From contig JADJOA010000014.1 of NCBI GenBank assembly GCA_016714005.1, positions 740,407 to 804,406 of the forward strand: a stretch of 64,000 bases of DNA. The letters are read 5' to 3'. This stretch comes from Bacteroidota bacterium. GTDB taxonomy: Bacteria > Bacteroidota > Bacteroidia > AKYH767-A > OLB10. The notes beneath the pieces are model-generated. The model was not told the origin of the DNA. It ran no database searches and saw only the letters and a list, made by a program, of their open reading frames with translations. Made by a program: the position numbers and the translations under genes. Positions 21,729 through 33,283 of the stretch are shown here, one piece after another (position 1 is the first letter of the stretch; each line of letters begins with the position of its first letter).

Positions 21729-22237
21729 TTGCATTTTGATGTTTATTATTGTGCCATGCAATTCACTTCTGTTTACACATCACCCATTGGCAAACTTTTA
21801 ATTATTGCGGATGAGCAGTTTGTAAAAAAGGTTGAATTTCTTGCTGAAGATGTTCCGGTTATAGAAAATGAAAATGGAATTTCCATTCAATGTCGTAAAG
21901 AGTTGGCTGATTATTTTAAGGAAAGATTAAATCGTTTACGGTTCGAACAAATCCCGATGGCACTATATTCCAAAAAAGTGTTTGGGCTGAGTTGAGTAAA
22001 ATTTCCTTTGGCACGTCTGTAAGTTATTTACAAATAGCAAAAAGATTAGGCGATGAAAAAGCGATACGAGCGGCTGCCAATGCCAATGGAAAAAATCCGG
22101 TTGCAATTCTTATACCTTGCCACCGTGTTATCGGCAGTAATGGTTCTTTAACCGGATATGCCGGAGGCTTATGGCGAAAAAAGTTTTTGTTAGAGCTTGA
22201 GGGAGTATTAAAAAAAACGCAATTAGAATTATTTTAA
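21729..22237 (+). CDS. ogt: Methylated-DNA-protein-cysteine methyltransferase (Ogt/MGMT); frameshifted near 21975-21995
   Basis: The C-terminal ORF has the PCHRV active site and the GGLWRKKFLLELEG tail. The N-terminal ORF 21729-21995 is in another frame; KKVWAELSKISFG is restored by a 1-nt shift next to an A6 run. Confidence 0.8.
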
Positions 22238-22248
22238 GACAGACAAAA

Positions 22249-22731
22249 ATGAAACTCAAATTCCATTTAGTTGCAGCAGCAATCTTTTGTTTCGTATCCT
22301 GCACACCACCAAAAACAGAATACAAGCTTGGCATGATGGATTTTATTGTTGGTAGTTGGGGGAATGCTGCCGATACCTCCAATATGTTTTTTGAAGAATG
22401 GCATAAGGCAAACGACTCTACTTTTGTTGGTCATGCTTTTACTATCAACAGTGCAAATGATACCCTTTTTCAAGAGGAGGTTTCGCTTACCGAGCGCAAT
22501 GGTGTTATTGCATACAGCCCTTCTGTTAAAGACCAAAACGAAGGCAAAGCTGTTCCATTTGTTTTTACGCAACAAAAAGGAGATGAGTATTGGTTTGTAA
22601 ACGAGAAACACGATTTTCCGAAAGCAATTGTTTACCGAAAATCTTCTAATGATTCGCTTATTGCTTCAATTGAAGGCGTTGTGTTTGGTGAATTCAGAAA
22701 AGAGTTTTTTCCAATGAAAAAACTTAAATAA
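22249..22731 (+). CDS. Hypothetical lipoprotein (160 aa)
   Basis: Signal peptide with lipobox FVSC, followed by a hydrophilic domain. Confidence 0.55.
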   Translation: MKLKFHLVAAAIFCFVSCTPPKTEYKLGMMDFIVGSWGNAADTSNMFFEEWHKANDSTFVGHAFTINSANDTLFQEEVSLTERNGVIAYSPSVKDQNEGKAVPFVFTQQKGDEYWFVNEKHDFPKAIVYRKSSNDSLIASIEGVVFGEFRKEFFPMKKLK

Positions 22732-22740
22732 TTAAAAACA

Positions 22741-23382
22741 ATGCAGCAGCCCCAGGTTATTTTTGAAGATTATTATTTGCTTGTACTCAACAAGCCTTAC
22801 GGCTTGCAAACCGAAGCCGATAATTTTGGAAACCCATCTGTAGAATTATGGGCGCATCAGCATATACAACAACAGCACCCCAAAAAGAAAACTGTTTTTG
22901 TGGGCATTGTGCATAGGTTAGACAGACCAGTAGCCGGAATTGTTTTAATTGCAAAAACAAAAACTGCATTAGCAAACTTGAATAAACAGTTTGAAGAACG
23001 TAAAGTAAAAAAAACGTATGAAGCTGTTGTAGAAAAAAAACCACTAAAAGAATTAGATACACTTACCCATTTTTTAAAGAAAGATGTAAAATTTAAAAAG
23101 GCATTAATAAGCGAGCGTCCCAAAAAGGATTTTGTAAAATGCAGTCTTACATATCATTCGCAAAAAATAAATAAAGACAAAAGCGCCTTGCTTGAGATTG
23201 AACTGCACACCGGGCGCTATCACCAAATACGTGCGCAGTTGGCTTTTATTGATTGCCCTATTGTTGGAGATGTTCTTTATGGCGCTAAAACAAAATCAAA
23301 CGAAAACAAAATAGAACTCGCTGCTACTGCATTGTCTTTTACACATCCTTTTTCAAATAAGCCAATGGAAGTAAGATTGTAA
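22741..23382 (+). CDS. RluA-family pseudouridine synthase
   Basis: HRLDRPVAGIVLIAKT catalytic Asp motif. The Lys-rich linker and C-terminal region match RluA/RluC-type enzymes. Confidence 0.8.
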   Translation: MQQPQVIFEDYYLLVLNKPYGLQTEADNFGNPSVELWAHQHIQQQHPKKKTVFVGIVHRLDRPVAGIVLIAKTKTALANLNKQFEERKVKKTYEAVVEKKPLKELDTLTHFLKKDVKFKKALISERPKKDFVKCSLTYHSQKINKDKSALLEIELHTGRYHQIRAQLAFIDCPIVGDVLYGAKTKSNENKIELAATALSFTHPFSNKPMEVRL

Positions 23383-23390
23383 AGTAAAAA

Positions 23391-24320
23391 TCAAAAACCT
23401 GTTTTCAGGAATTTCTTAGTAATACTTTTTTCTTTTAAGGCAATTTCTAAAAAGTAAATTCCATTTGAGAATGCACTAACGTTTATTTGGTTTTGTGAAT
23501 CGGAAATTCCTGAGAGAACAGTTTGTCCAAAAAGATTTTTAACATTGTAGTTGATATGGCTATGGTATTGTTTGCCCCAATCAATATTAAGCGAAGAGGT
23601 ACAAGGATTTGGAAATATTTTTAGATCATTTTCATCATCCAAACTGTTTATGCCAACATTTATTACCGAATCGCATGCAATGAATGGTTGGGTATTGTAC
23701 AAACCTATAAATGAGTCTTCAAAACAACGGAATCCATATATCTGTGGGCCGCAAAAACCATATTGAGGAAATAGGAAGGAAGTGTTGCCAATGTCCTCAA
23801 TGACTGTACCTTCAAAATCAAAGTAGTGAAACGATGGATCAAGGTATGTGATGCTATAAGTTTTTTTGAAACGCCAGTCACAAGTATTGTTGAAGTGGAA
23901 GTTACAACCATCTGAACACTTAAATTTGTTCCTGAAAAATCCGGCACATATATAGTCTGTGTATCTCCAACCATTGCATTATAATTATAGAGCAAAACAA
24001 AACTGTTGGATGCGGTATTATAATAATAAACACTATCGTTACTTTCTTTAACTGTAAAAAGGATTTACCGTCATGCACCCTGTGTTATTGGAGGATAGTG
24101 AGTAACAAGTATCTCCCATAAAAACAAACGAAGCAGAACTTGTTACTGTAACAGGGTCAATTGTATTGAAAAGAATATTGTAAATGCTAAAATGCCACGT
24201 TGCGTTATTAGCACCAAACGGTTGTGCGAATGTTGTTTTTAATGCAATAGCATTCAGGAATACGGCAATGAGATAAATTTTTTTCATAAGCGGATTTTTA
24301 AAGTGCCAGACATCAATCAA
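23391..24320 (-). pseudogene. Fragmented T9SS-cargo gene (three colinear ORFs)
   Basis: 24048-24320 encodes signal peptide MKKIYLIAVFLNAIALKTTFAQ plus an N-terminal region. 23705-23995 is a middle piece. 23391-23702 carries a Por_Secre_tail (KIFPNPCTSSLNIDW...NGIYFLEIALKEKSITKKFLKTGF). The pieces sit in different frames. Confidence 0.5.
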
Positions 24321-24411
24321 AAATAGTTTTTTATTGTTAGCTGGTGCAATTGCAGATTAATTAAATATATATTTACAGCAACAAATCAATCTTACTTAAA
24401 ACCTTATCGAC

Positions 24412-27060
24412 ATGAAAAAAATTACAACATTTATTATTATTACTTTACTAAGCGCAAAAGTTTATTCGCAAGGCACATGGGTGCAGCAAGATTTACTGGG
24501 CAATGGTTATGATGTAAATAATTGGGTTCAGTTTGTTGATGCAGTTGATTCGAACGTTTGTTGGGGAATGTCTGCCAGCAGAAACGGACAATCAAACCCT
24601 GTTCAAAATTTTGTTAGAACTGTTGATGGCGGCATTACATGGACAAATGGAACAATCACAAATGCAAATAACTGCGCCCCATCTTCTATAATGGCTTTAA
24701 ATGCTGATACGGCATGGGCAGTTATGTTTGATTTAAGCGGAGGTGGAAAAATTTTAAGAACCAATGATGGAGGCGTGTCATGGACTCACCAGAGTACCGC
24801 GACTTTTGCTGCGCCAGCGGGTTTTCCCAACATTGTTCATTTTTTTGATGCCAGCAATGGCATTTGTATGGGCGACCCTAACGCTGGTTATTTTGAAATT
24901 TATACAACCACTGATGGCGGAACAAACTGGGTTCGTGTTCCGCAGGCGAATATTCCTGCCAACAATGCCGGAGAGTTTGGTGTTACAGATGTTTACACAG
25001 CCAACGGTACCGGTAACCTTTGGTTTGGAACCAACTTCGGGCGTATTTATAAAACAAATGATGCCGGGCTAACCTGGACAGTTGCATCTACTCCTTATAC
25101 CGGATTTATTGGAGGTATTGCATTTAAAGATGCCACTAATGGCTTGGCATGTGAAGCGGATGCAGCAACTACTGCCACCGATTTAATTTTTACAAATGAT
25201 GGTGGCGCAACATGGAATACTTTAAACTGTATTACAGGAAATGTGGGGCAAAAGCAAAGCGTAACGTATGTGCCCGGCACCGATTCTTCGTATGTATTTA
25301 CATCACCCTATAACAGAACAGCAGCCCCTATTCGCAGTTTTGGCTCGGGCATAAGCACTAACAATGGTAACGATTGGTATATGGTTAGTGAGGATTTGGA
25401 AGTTTTTTCTGATAACGATTTTGCATCAGACAATGGCGGATGGGCAGGAGGATTAACGCAGTTGGATCCAATCTTTGGTTTATTCCGTGACCCCGTTATG
25501 TTTAAATGGACAGGACCCATATACGTACCGTTAAATGAAGTGCAACCGCTTTCGTTTGAAATGGATGTGGTAATGCCAATAAGTACTATTAGCCCTGTAG
25601 TTACTTTTAAAAACAACAGTCTTTACAAAGGAAGTTTTAATGTTACGCTTACTGAGGCAGGCGGATATTCATCAACCAAAACAGTTACTATACCAAATGC
25701 ACAGGCAACTGCTCAGGTAACTTTTGACCCCTGGACACCGGCAGCAGTTGGGGTTTATACCTTAACAGCAACTTCTCAATTAATTAATGACGAGGACACA
25801 ACCAACGATGTGCTGACGTTTGATGTGCAGGTGTTGAATGAATTACAGAATTACGGATGGCTATCACTTGGCCCAATAAACACACCAAGTTTTGGAGTGG
25901 CATCGGCATTTTATTATGATGGTGTTTACCCAAGCGGGAACAGTTACTTGTATGCATTTGGCGGGGCTAATGGTGCTGTAGCCAATACAAACTCGGTGTT
26001 TGATTTGCAAACTTCGCAGTGGTTAACGCAAGCTCCAATGGATAGTGTGCGTTATCAGTTTTCTGCTCAAACGGTTAATGGAAAAATTTATGCCATTGCT
26101 GGATACAAGGGTGGTTTTACCCCTGAGAGTACTACCGGTATTTATGATATTATTACCGATACGTGGAGCAACGGTACGGATATACCAATACCTGTTGGTG
26201 ATTATGCAAGTGGTGTTTACAACGACTCTTTAATTTATGTGATTGGGGGTTTTGATGGTGCAGGTGATATAAATTCGGTGCAGGTTTATGATATTGCAAA
26301 TGACACATGGAGTGCAGCCACACCTAAACCGGGAATTGCCACTGCGGGATTGCGTGGAGGTGTTTCGGGAAATAAAATTGTGGTAGCAGGAGGATACAGT
26401 CAAACGGGGGGCGCGCCAATAAGCGATGCTTACCTGGGTACTATTAACCCTGCAAACCCGTTGCAGATTACATGGAGTGCAATTGCTGATTATCCTGCAC
26501 AAACAACGAGCAGGCTTGGGGCAGGGGTGCCTTACTCAGAAGCGTTTCCGGTGGTGGTATTTACAGGAGGCGACCCAACAGGGCTTGGTGCAGCAACTTT
26601 AAAATATACGCTGGCTTATGATGTTAATGCAGGGGAGTGGTTAATAGCACCTAACAAGCCAACGCCTGTAAGCAACGTTAGCGATTTTGTTGGCGCTGTG
26701 TATAATGATAGTTTGTATATGGCATCGGTATCGGGTTATGATGGTGCAGTTATTACGGGTGTTAATGAGTGGCTGAATATTGGTTCGGCAGTTGTTTTAA
26801 AGGTTAATTCGGTTAAGGGTAAGGATGCGAGTTTGTTGGTTTATCCTAACCCGGCTAATGGTGTGGTTAGTGTAAAAATACCATCGTTAAAAAATTATAG
26901 TGTTGAGTTGTTTAATGGTGTGGGTGAGAAAATGATGGAAAAAAATATTGAAGGTAGATTAACGGAACAAGTTGATTTATCTGAATTTGGAAAGGGTATT
27001 TATCACTTGCGTGTTTTTAATGATAAGGAAAGTTATACTGCCAAGGTGATGGTGCAGTAA
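24412..27060 (+). CDS. Secreted BNR/Asp-box plus Kelch-repeat beta-propeller protein with T9SS CTD (882 aa)
   Basis: Signal peptide. Five x-D-G-G-x-T-W Asp-box repeats (TVDGGITWT, TNDGGVSWT, TTDGGTNWV, TNDAGLTWT, TNDGGATWN). Kelch-like blocks (GKIYAIAGY, LIYVIGGFDGAG, NKIVVAGGY). C-terminus VYPNPANGVVSVKIP...GIYHLRVFNDKESYTAKVMVQ. Confidence 0.8.
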   Translation: MKKITTFIIITLLSAKVYSQGTWVQQDLLGNGYDVNNWVQFVDAVDSNVCWGMSASRNGQSNPVQNFVRTVDGGITWTNGTITNANNCAPSSIMALNADTAWAVMFDLSGGGKILRTNDGGVSWTHQSTATFAAPAGFPNIVHFFDASNGICMGDPNAGYFEIYTTTDGGTNWVRVPQANIPANNAGEFGVTDVYTANGTGNLWFGTNFGRIYKTNDAGLTWTVASTPYTGFIGGIAFKDATNGLACEADAATTATDLIFTNDGGATWNTLNCITGNVGQKQSVTYVPGTDSSYVFTSPYNRTAAPIRSFGSGISTNNGNDWYMVSEDLEVFSDNDFASDNGGWAGGLTQLDPIFGLFRDPVMFKWTGPIYVPLNEVQPLSFEMDVVMPISTISPVVTFKNNSLYKGSFNVTLTEAGGYSSTKTVTIPNAQATAQVTFDPWTPAAVGVYTLTATSQLINDEDTTNDVLTFDVQVLNELQNYGWLSLGPINTPSFGVASAFYYDGVYPSGNSYLYAFGGANGAVANTNSVFDLQTSQWLTQAPMDSVRYQFSAQTVNGKIYAIAGYKGGFTPESTTGIYDIITDTWSNGTDIPIPVGDYASGVYNDSLIYVIGGFDGAGDINSVQVYDIANDTWSAATPKPGIATAGLRGGVSGNKIVVAGGYSQTGGAPISDAYLGTINPANPLQITWSAIADYPAQTTSRLGAGVPYSEAFPVVVFTGGDPTGLGAATLKYTLAYDVNAGEWLIAPNKPTPVSNVSDFVGAVYNDSLYMASVSGYDGAVITGVNEWLNIGSAVVLKVNSVKGKDASLLVYPNPANGVVSVKIPSLKNYSVELFNGVGEKMMEKNIEGRLTEQVDLSEFGKGIYHLRVFNDKESYTAKVMVQ

Positions 27061-27252
27061 AGGGTTTGACAGTTACATCAGACTTCTTAGGTAAATGCAT
27101 TTATTTCTTTAACCAAAAAGTCCACAAAGGAACTTATTAAAGGGCACTAAGACTGTAACAATAATCTTTGTGAACTTTGAGATTCATTGACTGGTGTTCT
27201 TTGTGGTTACTTTTTGGAGTTAATTTTATTTTCAGAAGAAGTCAATTGTTTT

Positions 27253-27873
27253 TTAGTTTTCTACTACCAGTTTTGCGCGGGCTTTAATTTGGTTTGCATT
27301 GTTAGTGATGGTAAAAAAGTAAATGCCTGATGGCATGTTGGTTGTATTCAATTGAAAAAAGTTTTGATGGGTGGATAATGTTTTTATATGGTGCGCATTA
27401 GCGCTGAAAAAGGAAAGTTGGTGTTGTTGGTTTAAATCGTTTTGAAAATAAATGTGTGCAATGTTTTTTGTGGGATTGGGAAGTAAGAGGTAGCCGTTTG
27501 AAAGATCAATAATTTGTACGGAGATTATTTGTGATGAGCCATTGCCACCCAAATCTAACCTGTAGTAATTGGTTTTGTTTTTTACCGGATTATTGTCTGT
27601 AAACTGATAGGTAACAGCAACGGTAAGGCTGCCACAGGTGCCTGCTATGTTTCCAATGGGGATAAATGAAAGGCTATCGGTTGAGCGGAGTATGTCTATA
27701 CCGTTGCAGGTGCTGCCAGATGACATAACCCATGTTAGAAATACTTTGCCGTTAGTTTGTGTGGCGGTAAAGCTTTCTAATACGGGGTTGTGCTGTGCAT
27801 GCAGGTAGCTACTTAGTAAAAGGAAATTAAGCAGTGAAAAAAATTTAACTGATGCGGGTAGTTGTTTTACCAT
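27253..27873 (-). CDS. Small secreted hypothetical protein with T9SS CTD (206 aa)
   Basis: Signal peptide ...LLSSYLHAQ. C-terminus LLLPNPTKNIAHIYFQ...SGIYFFTITNNANQIKARAKLVVEN. Confidence 0.7.
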   Translation of the reverse strand: MVKQLPASVKFFSLLNFLLLSSYLHAQHNPVLESFTATQTNGKVFLTWVMSSGSTCNGIDILRSTDSLSFIPIGNIAGTCGSLTVAVTYQFTDNNPVKNKTNYYRLDLGGNGSSQIISVQIIDLSNGYLLLPNPTKNIAHIYFQNDLNQQHQLSFFSANAHHIKTLSTHQNFFQLNTTNMPSGIYFFTITNNANQIKARAKLVVEN

Positions 27874-27914
27874 AGATGGTAAACGAAGTTAAATTATAGT
27901 TATTGCAGCAGCAC

Positions 27915-30474
27915 TTACTGCTTTACAAACTTCCTGGTTAATATTCTGTTGCCGTTTGTAACCGTGATAAGATAAATTGATGGGGATAGATTTTTAATTG
28001 AAATGTCAGAGCGATCTTCATACTCGTTTTGCAGGACTACTCTGCCTGTTATGTCTGAAATGGTGTAGGATGATGTTTTGTTGTTGCTAAAGTTTGTAAC
28101 CAATTGTAAAACATCGTTGGCGGGATTTGGAAAAATTTGAAACCAGTAGGGCAAAGCAAAAACATTTTCTGTTGAGAGCACATTGCAATCTCCTAACACA
28201 CCTGCATCAAACCATTGTTTTATTTTTTGGTTACCAATAATATTTTTGCAATGGATGTGTTGAGTCCGTTAGCTGCTGTGCTGTCCCACGTAAACACAAT
28301 GGCATAGTCAATAGATTTCATTTGACCTGGGGCGAGAGAGAAGGGTCCGGAGGCAACAATAAATCTCCTATCTCCAGCAGCATTACCTTCGCTACTTTCT
28401 GTCCAACCCAAAGGAGAGTAAGGAGTGCCGGAGAACATATAATTGGTGTAATTTGTTGAGCCGGGGTTGTAGCCATTGCCACCGTAGGTAATTTTTGTAC
28501 CATCTTTATATGTAGACGACATGTATTGATAATAATCGTCAGCTACACTTGGGTTGCCCGTTGGTGCTCCCCCCGTACCATCGTAATATAGGAATGAACT
28601 CATCATATTTGTTTCTTCGCTTTCATCAATACTCCCGTCATGGTCGTTGTCAATCCCATCATTTAAATCGGGCTCTGGTCCTTTTAAAATCTGGCAGTTT
28701 ATCATGGGAGGATTTAAGCCGTAAGCCCAAGGTGCGCCATCATCATTATTATCGCCATTATATCCAAAACCAATATTTAAAGTTGAATCGCAGCCCACGT
28801 AATCATCCTGATAAACACCTAAGTCAACCTCATTCCAAAGTCCAACATACATACTATCATAGGTATTGCTACTCCGATTATAAATTTCATAGCGATAAAA
28901 TGTCGTATAGTTAACAACACCCGGTATATCATCAATGGTAAACTGGGGGCAGTAGTATGCGTAGGCAGAGCCATGTATTTCAACTTTGAGTGGAATACCG
29001 CCTGTTGAGGTGTGCATAGTATCGTTATCGTTAAATATCCAATATAAGTGCTGGTTGCCTTTTATATTGGGGTAATCACCATCATAGGGGTTGTAGTTTC
29101 CATCGTTGTTATAATCAATGTAAGGAGCCATGTTGCGCGTAAAGTTTCCTGTTCCTACAGCTGGGTAGGTTAGTATATCGTAAGGGATTGGATAAGTACC
29201 ATTTGAAACATTTCCGTTTAAAAAATTTGTAATGAAACTGTTGATGGTGTCTTTTTTCAAATTTCCATATGTTGTTATATGCATTTACAGTTGCAACGGT
29301 TGTTGTTGCTGAAATGGTATCTAAAGGACCGGACCAGTAATCGCGCGTATTGTTTTGCCTGAACGTCATGGCTGATGTGTGGAGTAATCCGTTTTGATCA
29401 TTACCTCCAAGCCAAAGCCCTCCTGCAAACATGGCATGCTTACCTGAACAGCGAGGTACTTCGTATTTCGGGTAGTTCATCAAATCCCAAAACATATCGC
29501 CAATATTGTAAATGGTGGTGGTAACCAAATTGCCTGATAAAATTTCCTGCGGGGAAGTAAGACCGGCTGTTATTATTTGACTGCCTAAGCTTGCCGCTAA
29601 ATCAAACTTTACTAAAGCAGTGTTAGGAAAGTAGCACGCAGTCCAAAGAACATTGTTCTTAAAAACTGAGTGCGTTCCATACTGCATAACAATTGCCGGA
29701 GTATGAACAGTATCATTAAACTGTGTTATAATGTTATCCTCGTTTATTTTTGTGGGAAGGTGAAACTGTTAAAAGCATAAACATTGTAGTAGGTGTAAAT
29801 TGAGCTATCGCTTTTTGCTATTGCATAGGCTTTGTTATGCCGCACGGATGTGTATTCAGGATGTATGCAGGTAGAATCGGTAAACGAAATAAAGTTTCCG
29901 TAGCTGAGTTTGCTTAAGCCTTGTTGTGTCATAATCCAACATGCTTTGGAGGAAATGTATTGAACGGATTTGATGGTGTCGTTAAGGATACTGCTGTTTG
30001 TGGTGGTTGAGTTGTACCAGTTTGTTCCATCATAATAAGATAATCCGCCATTGGTGCCGAAATAAAAATTACCGGCACTGTCTTGTTCTATGCAATTGAT
30101 ATAATTATTTACAAGAGGAGAGTTTGAAGTGGTGTAGTTGGTAAATGTGGTACCGTTAAAATAACCAAGTCCGTACTTTGTTCCAATCCAAACACCGCTT
30201 GAAGTTTTAAATAACTAACATTGTTGGAGGGAATAGCAGAGTTAAGTGTATCGTAGGCCGTCCAGGAAGAAGTAGCGGTTTGCATTACATGCATACCTGC
30301 ATTGCGGTAGCCAATGTAAATCTGATTGCCGTTGGGTTCAACTTCTATACAGTTTTTTAGCCGCAGTTGAACGAGAGTATAGGAAGGATGCCCGGCATAA
30401 GTTGTTATTGCCTGTGCGGAGATATACAGAGGAAGCAGGATTGTGAAGACCGTAACTGCAAGTTTATTAAGCAT
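27915..30474 (-). pseudogene. Tandem paralog B of the Reg_prop / Ca-binding / T9SS-tailed protein, fragmented into at least 5 ORFs
   Basis: ORFs 30109-30474 (signal peptide MLNKLAVTVFTILLPLYISAQA), 29744-29932, 29115-29687, 28220-29284 and 27915-28199 (T9SS tail ...RKFVKQ) align in order along the 30485-33238 gene (e.g. KDTINSFITNFLNGNVSNG..., DGIDNDHDGSIDE). Confidence 0.6.
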
Positions 30475-30505
30475 GGCTTTTGCTTTAGGTGAAGTAAAAG
30501 TAGTA
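30388..30505. repeat. 118-bp segment identical to 33138-33255 (5' end and upstream region of tandem paralogs)
   Basis: aggatgcccggcataagttgttattgcctgtgcggagatatacagaggaagcaggattgtgaagaccgtaactgcaagtttattaagcatggcttttgctttaggtgaagtaaaagtagtaaaa is present at both sites. Flanking coding sequence has diverged. Confidence 0.85.
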
Positions 30506-33238
30506 AAAGCAATGAATGATAAATGGAATTATTGTTTCACAAACTTTTGTGTTGCAAAAAATTTTATTGTTTGAAACGGAGATGAGGTAAACGGCAGGAT
30601 CAAAATTTTTAACTGAAACCGAAGTTGATTGTGCGAAATAATTTTGGTCAATGATTCTTCCTGTTAGGTCTCTTATGGTGTAGAGCAATGGTTCTGTGCC
30701 TGCAAAATTTGCAATTAAGTTTATGGTATTGTTGGCGGGGTTAGGGTAAACATAAAAGCCGTTTCTTAACACTGGAGTATCGTTCATAAATAAAAGACCG
30801 CAATCATCAAGAACACCGGCATCAAACCATTGTTTTATTTTTTGGTTACCAATAATATTTTTTGCAATGGATGTGTTGAGCCCGTTGGCAGCGGTGCTAT
30901 CCCATGTAAAAACAATGGCATAATCAAGGGATTTCATTTGACCGGGGGCGAGGGAGAAGGGTCCGGAGGCAACAATTATTCTTCTATCGCTGGGAGTATT
31001 TCCTTCATTTATTTCTGTCCATCCGGTATCGTAAGGGGTGCCGGAGTAAGCATAATCAGTGGGAATTCCAGTATTATATCCCCAACCCCCATAAGTTAAA
31101 TGAGACCCATCAAGCCATCGCGATGATAAATAATAATAGTAATCAATATCAATTGAAGGATTATTTACCGGAGTTGCATTTCCACCATCATAAACTCTGA
31201 AAGAGCTCATCATATTTGTTTCTCCAGTTTCATCAATTGCTCCATCGTGGTCATTGTCTATTCCATCGCTTGCATTGGGAGCTGGTCCTTTTAAAATCTG
31301 GCAGTTTATCATTGGAGGATTAATTCCGTAACCAGATATTACTCCGGTACCATCATCATTATCGCCATTGTAAGAGAAGCCTATGTTTAATACAGTATCA
31401 CAGCCAATAAAATCGTCATCATAACTTCCTAAATCTGTATCAAGCCATACGCCAATAAAAAGACTGTCGTAAGTATTGCTGCTGCGGTTGTATAATTCAA
31501 AGTTGTAAAATGTGGTGTAGTTAATTACGCCAGCACTATCGTTAATTGTAAACTGCGGGCAATAGTAAGCGTAAGCTGAGCCGTGTATTTCGAACCCTAA
31601 TGGTATGCCATTGGTTTCGGTGTGCATGGTGTCGTTATCGTTAAATATCCAATATAAGTGCTGGTTTCCTTTTATGGCGGGATAATCGCCATCGTAAGGG
31701 TTGTAGTTTCCATCGTTGTTATAATCAATGTAAGGAGCCATGTTGCGTGTAAAGTTTCCGGTGCCTATGGCGGGGTAGGTTAATATGTCAGAAGGAATTG
31801 GGTAGGAGCCGTTGGATACATTTCCGTTTAAAAAGTTTGTGATGAAACTGTTGATGGTGTCTTTTTCAAATTTCCAGATGTGGTTATAAGCCTTAACGGT
31901 GTTTGTATCGGTAATGCCAGTGAGAGTGTCGAGCGGTCCTTGCCAAAAATCGGTTCCATTGCTTTGCCTATAAGTCATAGCAGAGGTATGCAATAATCCG
32001 TTTTGATCATAGCCTCCCATCCATAAAGCTCCTGCATAAATTGCATGTTTACCTGAGCAACGCGGCACTTCGTACTTAGCGTTATCCAAATCCCAGTAAA
32101 AATCTCCTTTGTTTAAAATACTTGTGGTAACGAGGTTGCCGGCAAGTATTTTTCTGTCATCAGCATTTCCTGTATATGTAATTGGAGGATGAGTGCCAGT
32201 GCTTAGCTGTTCGTTAAATGATAGTAAAACATGGCTTGATAGAATGCCACTAAAGTCACAGGCTGTCCATACGATATTATTAGCATCGGTTATAGAATAA
32301 ACACCAGGTGTAAAATGTATTGAAGAGACCAATGGTAGCGAGTCATTAAAAATAAGTACAATATTGTCATCTGTAATTTTTTTTATAGGATCGATAGAGA
32401 AGCCATAATTTCCATACCCTATTAAATCGTTTCCTTTTTTACAAATACCAAATGTGTTATTGTGAAAAGGTGAAGTATATTCGGGGTGAATACAAGTTGA
32501 GTCGGTAAAAGAAATAATGTTTCCATAGCTAAGTTTGCTCAATCCTTTTGCAGTTTGCATCCAGCATGCTTTAGAAGAAATGTATTGAATGTTCTTAATG
32601 GTGTCGGAAATTAAACTGCTGTTTGCAACGGTGGTGTTATACCAATTAGAAGCATCGTAATAAGAATAGCCGCCATTGGTGCCGAAATAAAAATTGTTGG
32701 CGCTGTCCTTTTCAATGCAGTTGATGACATTGTTTACTAAACCTGAGTTGGAGGTATTGTAATTTGTAAATACAGTACCATTGTAAAAAGATAAACCCTG
32801 TTGTGTGCCAATCCAAAGTCCGGCAGGTGTATCGTAGAGAGCAGTAACGGTGTCGTTAATTAATCCTGAATTAGAGGTGTTGTAGATGGTGAAATTGCTG
32901 CCATTGAAAAGGCACAAACCTTTGTTAGTTCCAGCCCATAGCTGATTAGCAGAGTTTAATTTTAGTGCTGTAACTCTGTTGGAAGGAATGTTAGAATTGA
33001 GGGTGTCATATACAGTCCAGCTACTTGTTGAAGGTTCAAAAATATGTAAGCCAATATTGCGGTAGCCAATGTAAACTAATGAACCATTGGGCTGTACTTC
33101 TATACAATTTTGAAACGAAGTTGTGTGATTGTATAAGAAGGATGCCCGGCATAAGTTGTTATTGCCTGTGCGGAGATATACAGAGGAAGCAGGATTGTGA
33201 AGACCGTAACTGCAAGTTTATTAAGCATGGCTTTTGCT
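30485..33238 (-). CDS. Paralog A: secreted protein with two-component-regulator propeller (Y_Y_Y-like) repeats, Asp-rich Ca-binding motif and T9SS CTD; at least 2 homopolymer frameshifts
   Basis: The true start is ATG at 33236-33238 (same signal peptide as paralog B). There is a 1-nt shift in an A-run near 33105-33110 (LRFK|CIEV). The body of ORF 30485-32917 has Reg_prop-like repeats, then DGIDNDHDGAIDETGE. The real C-terminus ...FATQKFVKQ* is recovered by a 1-nt shift near 30520-30535. Confidence 0.65.
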
Positions 33239-33255
33239 TTAGGTGAAGTAAAAGT
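33138..33255. repeat. Second copy of the 118-bp identical segment (start codon, signal peptide and upstream region of paralog A)
   Basis: Exact match to 30388-30505. Confidence 0.85.
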
Positions 33256-33283
33256 AGTAAAATAGGTTAGCTAATTGTAGATG

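Noticed and set aside
27061-27252. Imperfect 18-bp inverted repeat (aaaagtccacaaaggaac / gttctttgtggttacttttt) between convergent genes
   Set aside because: Most simply a bidirectional terminator region; nothing else distinctive.
32917-32917. ORF-track start of the 810-aa protein at 32917
   Set aside because: The codon there is TTG, inside an open frame that continues upstream to the real ATG at 33236-33238 (after correcting a 1-nt homopolymer shift). It is not a true start.
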